Shown here in pieces: positions 59,953 through 64,000 of a DNA stretch of 64,000 nt; position 1 is the first letter of the stretch, and each line of letters opens with the position of its first letter. The DNA is from an uncultured Candidatus Saccharibacteria bacterium. GTDB lineage: Bacteria; Patescibacteriota; Saccharimonadia; Saccharimonadales; JAGQNJ01. The position numbers and the translations under genes were made by a program. The notes under the pieces are model-generated. The model was not told where the DNA came from and made no database searches. It worked only from the letters and a program-made list of their open reading frames with translations. The stretch is taken from NCBI GenBank assembly GCA_965231045.1, contig OZ246406.1, positions 250,228-314,227 on the forward strand. Reading direction: 5' to 3'.

Positions 59953-60882
59953 ATGCTTATGCCTACACAAGGCGTGGTAAGGCGTGACAAAAGAAGTCAT
60001 TCGAACTTGCGCCCAAAACACAAACACACCAAACAGTACCTAAAACATTACTGGCCTTATTTACCGCTGGTGACTTTAGTATTGGTTGGTTTATGGATGT
60101 TCCGTCCTGTTCTTTTCAAGACATCAAATAAGAGTGTTCTGGCAGTTTCAACAAATGTAAGCAGTAGTGGCTTACTATCAGCTACAAATAAACAACGTGC
60201 CGCGAACAAAGCACCAGCTCTTCATATCAATGATAAATTGAATGCTGCAGCCCAAGCCAAAGCACAAGACATGGTAAACCGTAACTATTGGTCGCACAAC
60301 ACACCAGATGGTAGTCCGCCATGGTCATTTATCATAAATAGTGGCTATCAGTATCAAAAAGCTGGTGAGAACCTGGCATACGGTTTTATAACAAGTGATG
60401 ATGCAATAACTGGATGGATGAATAGCCCAAGTCATAGAGAAAACTTACTTGATAAAGATTTTGTTGATGTTGGTTTTGGCACAGCAAACAGCCCTGACTT
60501 TAATCATACTGGGCCTTCTACAGTTATTGTTGCCATGTATGGCCGTTCAACCAGTGAGACACCGCTTTTAACAGCTACTGGGCAAGGTTCAGAACCCCTA
60601 AGCTACACTACAACTGAAAAAGAGGCTTCAGCTGTAAAGCCTAAAGCTGTTAGCAAGGTTGACCTTCTAATTAGTAGCCGATACACCTGGCTTACGTCAG
60701 CTATAAGTTTTGTTGTTGGAGCCGCGCTAACCTTGTTTATTATTAAACACCTTGTAGGTATTAAAAAAGCCCTGAAAAAAGGTGAAAAATTTGCCATTAC
60801 CCATCCTATGCTTGATGTTGTATTAGTAAGTATCATAGTTATTGGCCTCGTTGTAACACGACAAGTTGGTGTTATCCTCTAA
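59953..60882 (+). CDS. CAP/SCP/PR1-like (YkwD-family) domain protein with N- and C-terminal TM segments
   Basis: NYWSHNTPDGS...GENLAYG...GWMNSPSHRENLLD are the CAP domain motifs. The ORF track starts at 59923; the ATG at 59953 is more likely. Confidence 0.7.
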   Translation: MLMPTQGVVRRDKRSHSNLRPKHKHTKQYLKHYWPYLPLVTLVLVGLWMFRPVLFKTSNKSVLAVSTNVSSSGLLSATNKQRAANKAPALHINDKLNAAAQAKAQDMVNRNYWSHNTPDGSPPWSFIINSGYQYQKAGENLAYGFITSDDAITGWMNSPSHRENLLDKDFVDVGFGTANSPDFNHTGPSTVIVAMYGRSTSETPLLTATGQGSEPLSYTTTEKEASAVKPKAVSKVDLLISSRYTWLTSAISFVVGAALTLFIIKHLVGIKKALKKGEKFAITHPMLDVVLVSIIVIGLVVTRQVGVIL

Positions 60883-63800
60883 GCCAACTTAACATTCTCA
60901 GCGCCGATCAAATTACTAAGTTTCTCTAAGGCGCCCGGATCAAGTGAGAACTTGACGGGCAATTTAACCGCCTGCTTACTATCATTAGGTCCTAACACTA
61001 ACACAACTTCGTATTCGCCCTTGTATTGGTCTATTGTTTGTTTCAATGAAATCAATAGCTCACTATTACCACTGTCTTCTATACGTATGTAGAGCCGCTT
61101 TGTTTCTGGCTTACTGTCGTCCTTTTTAGACAAAGGAACGGCTTTTAGCGATTTATTACTAGGTTTCGGAGTTTTACGCTTCTTGCCTGTCGGCTGATAT
61201 GCTGCAGCCTGTTCGTGAGTAACTTCACGAGCATCATCAACCATAACTTTTATTTCATTTGTAATATTACCGTCCCTATCTTGTGCCGATATCTTACCTT
61301 TAACAATTACCACTCGATCTCGCTCCCATATACCGATAGTTTGTTGGTAGATGCTTGGGAACAAAATTATCTCTATTTCATCAACTTCGTCATTAAGTTT
61401 TACAAAAGCCATTTTTTGACCCTTCTTGGTCGTAATCTCACGCATATCACTAATACTACCGCCAACAGATACAGCACGGTTATGATGCTCTGGTGTTAGA
61501 GTTGCGATAGGTGTTGTCTGTTCTTCAAGTAAGTGTTTATAACTTTCCAGTGGATGCTGTGACAGAAATAGCCCGAGTAGCTCACGCTCCCACTGTAATT
61601 GCTCTCTTTGAGGATATGCTGAGTCATTAGGCTCCAATTTCAGCTCCGATTTAGTGTGTTGATCAAAATCAGCATTATCACCGAATATATCAACTTGTCC
61701 TGATGATTGTTGCTTGTGAATCCTACTAGCATAAGCCAGAAGAACATCGATGTTGTGAAGCAGTGTAGATCGTTTTTCAAACCTATCAAAAGCACCTGCT
61801 TTTATAAGGCTTTCAATGGTTTTTCGATTAACCACCCTAGGGTTTACTTTAGTTAAGAAGTCCTCTAAACTTTTAAATTCTCCATCGATGTTACGAGCTT
61901 CAAGAATTTCCTCAACTGCTCCGCGACCGACGTTTTTTATGGCAGCCATTCCAAAACGAATTTGATTTTGCTCTGGAACAACCGCAAATTCAAGAAACGA
62001 TTCATTTACGTCAGGTGGTAACACCTCAATGCCCATGTGTTTACACTCGTTAATTTCTATTGCCAATCGGTCAGTGTCATCAAAATCACTAGTCATCAAT
62101 GCTGCCATAAACGCTGCTGTATAGTGTGCTTTTAAATAAGCAGTCTGGTAAGCAATTAGCGCATAACAGGCGGCATGAGCTTTGTTGAAAGAATAATCTG
62201 CGAATGGCTGGATTAGCGCCCATAGTTTTTCGGCACCTGATTTTGTTAGGCCTCGTTTCAAACAGCCTTCAATAAATCTAGGTTGCTCGGCATTCATGAT
62301 GTCACGCTTCTTTTTCCCAATCGCCTTACGAATCAAGTCAGCTTCGCCAGGGGTATATCCGGCAATCAGCTGTAGAAGTGCAATAATTTGTTCTTGGAAA
62401 ACCATAACACCATACGTGTCACCCAAAACAGGTTCAAGTGACGGGTGGGGATATGAAATACTTGCCGGATTATTCTTACCTTCAATAAATCTTGGGAATT
62501 CGGCCATCGGCCCTGGTCTATATAGAGCAACCATGGCAATAATATCTGTGAATTGGTTTGGCTTGAGCTCCTTTAAATATCGCTTCATGCCTGCTGATTC
62601 GAGCTGGAAGACACCTGTCGTATCGCCATGCGCTAGAAGTTCATAGGTTTTGGGGTCATCCATAGGAACGTTGTTAATATCAACTTCATCACCGTAAACT
62701 CGTTTAACTATCCTCAGGGCATTTTTAATAATCGTTAGGTTAGATAGTCCTAAGAAGTCCATTTTTAACAGCCCTAGCTCCTCTACTGGGACCATAGAAT
62801 ATTGGGTGGCTACTACGCCCTTCTGAGCCATTTCAAGAGGCGCAAACTTTACAATCTCATCTGGGGCAATAACCACACCTGCAGCATGTACTCCATGAGA
62901 GCGAATTGTACCTTCAAGTCGGACAGCTAGGTCAAATACACGTCTCGCGTCGTCATTTGTTTTGTATTCGTTAGCTAATTCAGTGCTTTCTTTTAATGAT
63001 GTCGCAAGGGGTATATGTCGCCCTTGAACTGGTGGAGGAATCATTTTGGCCAATCGATCAGCATCAGCATATGGTACTTGCAAAACTCTGGCCACATCAC
63101 GGACTGCATTTCTGGCTGCCATGGTGCCAAAAGTTACAATATTAGCTACTCTATCCGTGCCATATTTTTCAACACAATATTGTATTACCTCATCTCTACG
63201 AGTATCTTGAATATCAATATCAAAGTCTGGCATGGAAATACGGTCAGGGTTCAAAAACCGCTCAAACATCAAATCATACGCCAGAGGATCAAGCTCGGTT
63301 ATACGTAGTGCATAAGCCACTATTGAGCTTGCCCCACTACCACGACCTGGTCCAAAAACAATTCCTTGGTCTTTACCCCAGTTTATAAAATCCTGGACGA
63401 TTAGGAAGTAGCCGCTAAACCCCATTCTCTCAATAATACTTAGCTCGTACTCTGCTCGTTCGACAATTTTGGCTGATAGCTGCTTTTTTAAATCAGTAAG
63501 CGATTTGGCTGGCTTTTTTTTGGGCTCATAACGTCTGACCAACCCCTCGTAACTAAGTCTATGCAGGTAGCTTTTTTCATCATCACCTTTTGGAACAGGA
63601 AATTTAGGGATTAAGTACTTACCCAGCTCAATAGTCACGTTACATTTGTCAGCTATTTTTTTAGTATTAGTAATGACTTCTGGCATATCTGCCCAGCGCT
63701 TTATTAGCTCCTTTGGATCAATTACATGAAGGTCGAAGTTAAGTAGACTCATTCGATTTTCATCCGATAGAAATGACCCTGTTTGAACACAAAGCAAAAT

Positions 63801-64000
63801 TTCATGAGCTTCTTGATCTTCGTGTCGGAGATAGTGAGCATCACAAGTCAAAACGCAGTCGATTTTTAACTCTTTTGCCAGCTTAATAATTTGTTCGTTA
63901 ACCTCAACTTGTTCATCCCATTTTGATGGATGCTTAGGATGGCCATGATCTTGAACCTCTAAATAGTAATCGTTACCCAATATAGATTTATACCAACTTG
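60879..64000 (-). CDS. dnaE: DNA polymerase III alpha subunit, 5'-truncated by the window (no stop in frame up to nt 64000)
   Basis: PHP-domain residues at the N-terminal end of the ORF, then the palm/fingers motifs LLKMDFLGL and YALIAYQTAYLKAHY, then a C-terminal OB domain. Confidence 0.9.
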   Translation of the reverse strand, partial: SWYKSILGNDYYLEVQDHGHPKHPSKWDEQVEVNEQIIKLAKELKIDCVLTCDAHYLRHEDQEAHEILLCVQTGSFLSDENRMSLLNFDLHVIDPKELIKRWADMPEVITNTKKIADKCNVTIELGKYLIPKFPVPKGDDEKSYLHRLSYEGLVRRYEPKKKPAKSLTDLKKQLSAKIVERAEYELSIIERMGFSGYFLIVQDFINWGKDQGIVFGPGRGSGASSIVAYALRITELDPLAYDLMFERFLNPDRISMPDFDIDIQDTRRDEVIQYCVEKYGTDRVANIVTFGTMAARNAVRDVARVLQVPYADADRLAKMIPPPVQGRHIPLATSLKESTELANEYKTNDDARRVFDLAVRLEGTIRSHGVHAAGVVIAPDEIVKFAPLEMAQKGVVATQYSMVPVEELGLLKMDFLGLSNLTIIKNALRIVKRVYGDEVDINNVPMDDPKTYELLAHGDTTGVFQLESAGMKRYLKELKPNQFTDIIAMVALYRPGPMAEFPRFIEGKNNPASISYPHPSLEPVLGDTYGVMVFQEQIIALLQLIAGYTPGEADLIRKAIGKKKRDIMNAEQPRFIEGCLKRGLTKSGAEKLWALIQPFADYSFNKAHAACYALIAYQTAYLKAHYTAAFMAALMTSDFDDTDRLAIEINECKHMGIEVLPPDVNESFLEFAVVPEQNQIRFGMAAIKNVGRGAVEEILEARNIDGEFKSLEDFLTKVNPRVVNRKTIESLIKAGAFDRFEKRSTLLHNIDVLLAYASRIHKQQSSGQVDIFGDNADFDQHTKSELKLEPNDSAYPQREQLQWERELLGLFLSQHPLESYKHLLEEQTTPIATLTPEHHNRAVSVGGSISDMREITTKKGQKMAFVKLNDEVDEIEIILFPSIYQQTIGIWERDRVVIVKGKISAQDRDGNITNEIKVMVDDAREVTHEQAAAYQPTGKKRKTPKPSNKSLKAVPLSKKDDSKPETKRLYIRIEDSGNSELLISLKQTIDQYKGEYEVVLVLGPNDSKQAVKLPVKFSLDPGALEKLSNLIGAENVKLA

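Noticed and set aside
1-64000. Scan for a CRISPR array, integrase/transposase or phage genes
   Set aside because: I saw no regularly spaced direct repeats beyond the two CIRCE copies and the Pro-repeat. I saw no ORF with DDE, tyrosine-recombinase or reverse-transcriptase motifs. The window looks like chromosomal core.

Overview
This 64 kb window looks like chromosomal core DNA from a small-genome bacterium. It is consistent with a CPR/Patescibacteria lineage, plausibly Saccharibacteria-like. That assignment is inference from three things seen here: no L30 gene between rpsE and rplO, a Cys-less L36, and long Lys/Glu-rich tails on several ribosomal proteins.

Gene layout: positions 1-34.4 kb are an almost entirely minus-strand, co-oriented array: hisI-hisS-(2 membrane proteins)-tig-(81 aa)-(2OG-oxygenase-like)-clpP-rpoB-rpoC-rpsL-rpsG-(99 aa)-fusA-(98 aa)-tuf, then a small divergent module, then rpsJ-(3 inserted genes)-rplC...rplO-secY-guaA-infA-rpmJ-rpsM. 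The right half carries tRNA-Leu(UAG), rsmD, recG, tyrS, a class A PBP, radA, clpC, nusA, pepN, yraN, rnhB, rplS, a malic enzyme, a GspE/PilB-type ATPase, a SpoU methyltransferase, a CAP-domain protein and a 5'-truncated dnaE. I found no rRNA, CRISPR array, transposase or integrase.

Most notable observations:
1. Two perfect CIRCE operators (TTAGCACTC-N9-GAGTGCTAA) lie immediately upstream of clpP and of clpC. This suggests an HrcA-type heat-shock regulon wired to the Clp protease.
2. Several small or unknown genes are wedged into normally invariant ribosomal-protein and translation-factor junctions: rpsJ|rplC, rpsG|fusA, fusA|tuf and tuf|rpsJ.
3. guaA sits in the secY-infA slot.
4. An orphan hisI is translationally coupled to hisS.

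ORF-track start coordinates are longest-ORF calls. I refined a few starts where the protein N-terminus made the true start clear.
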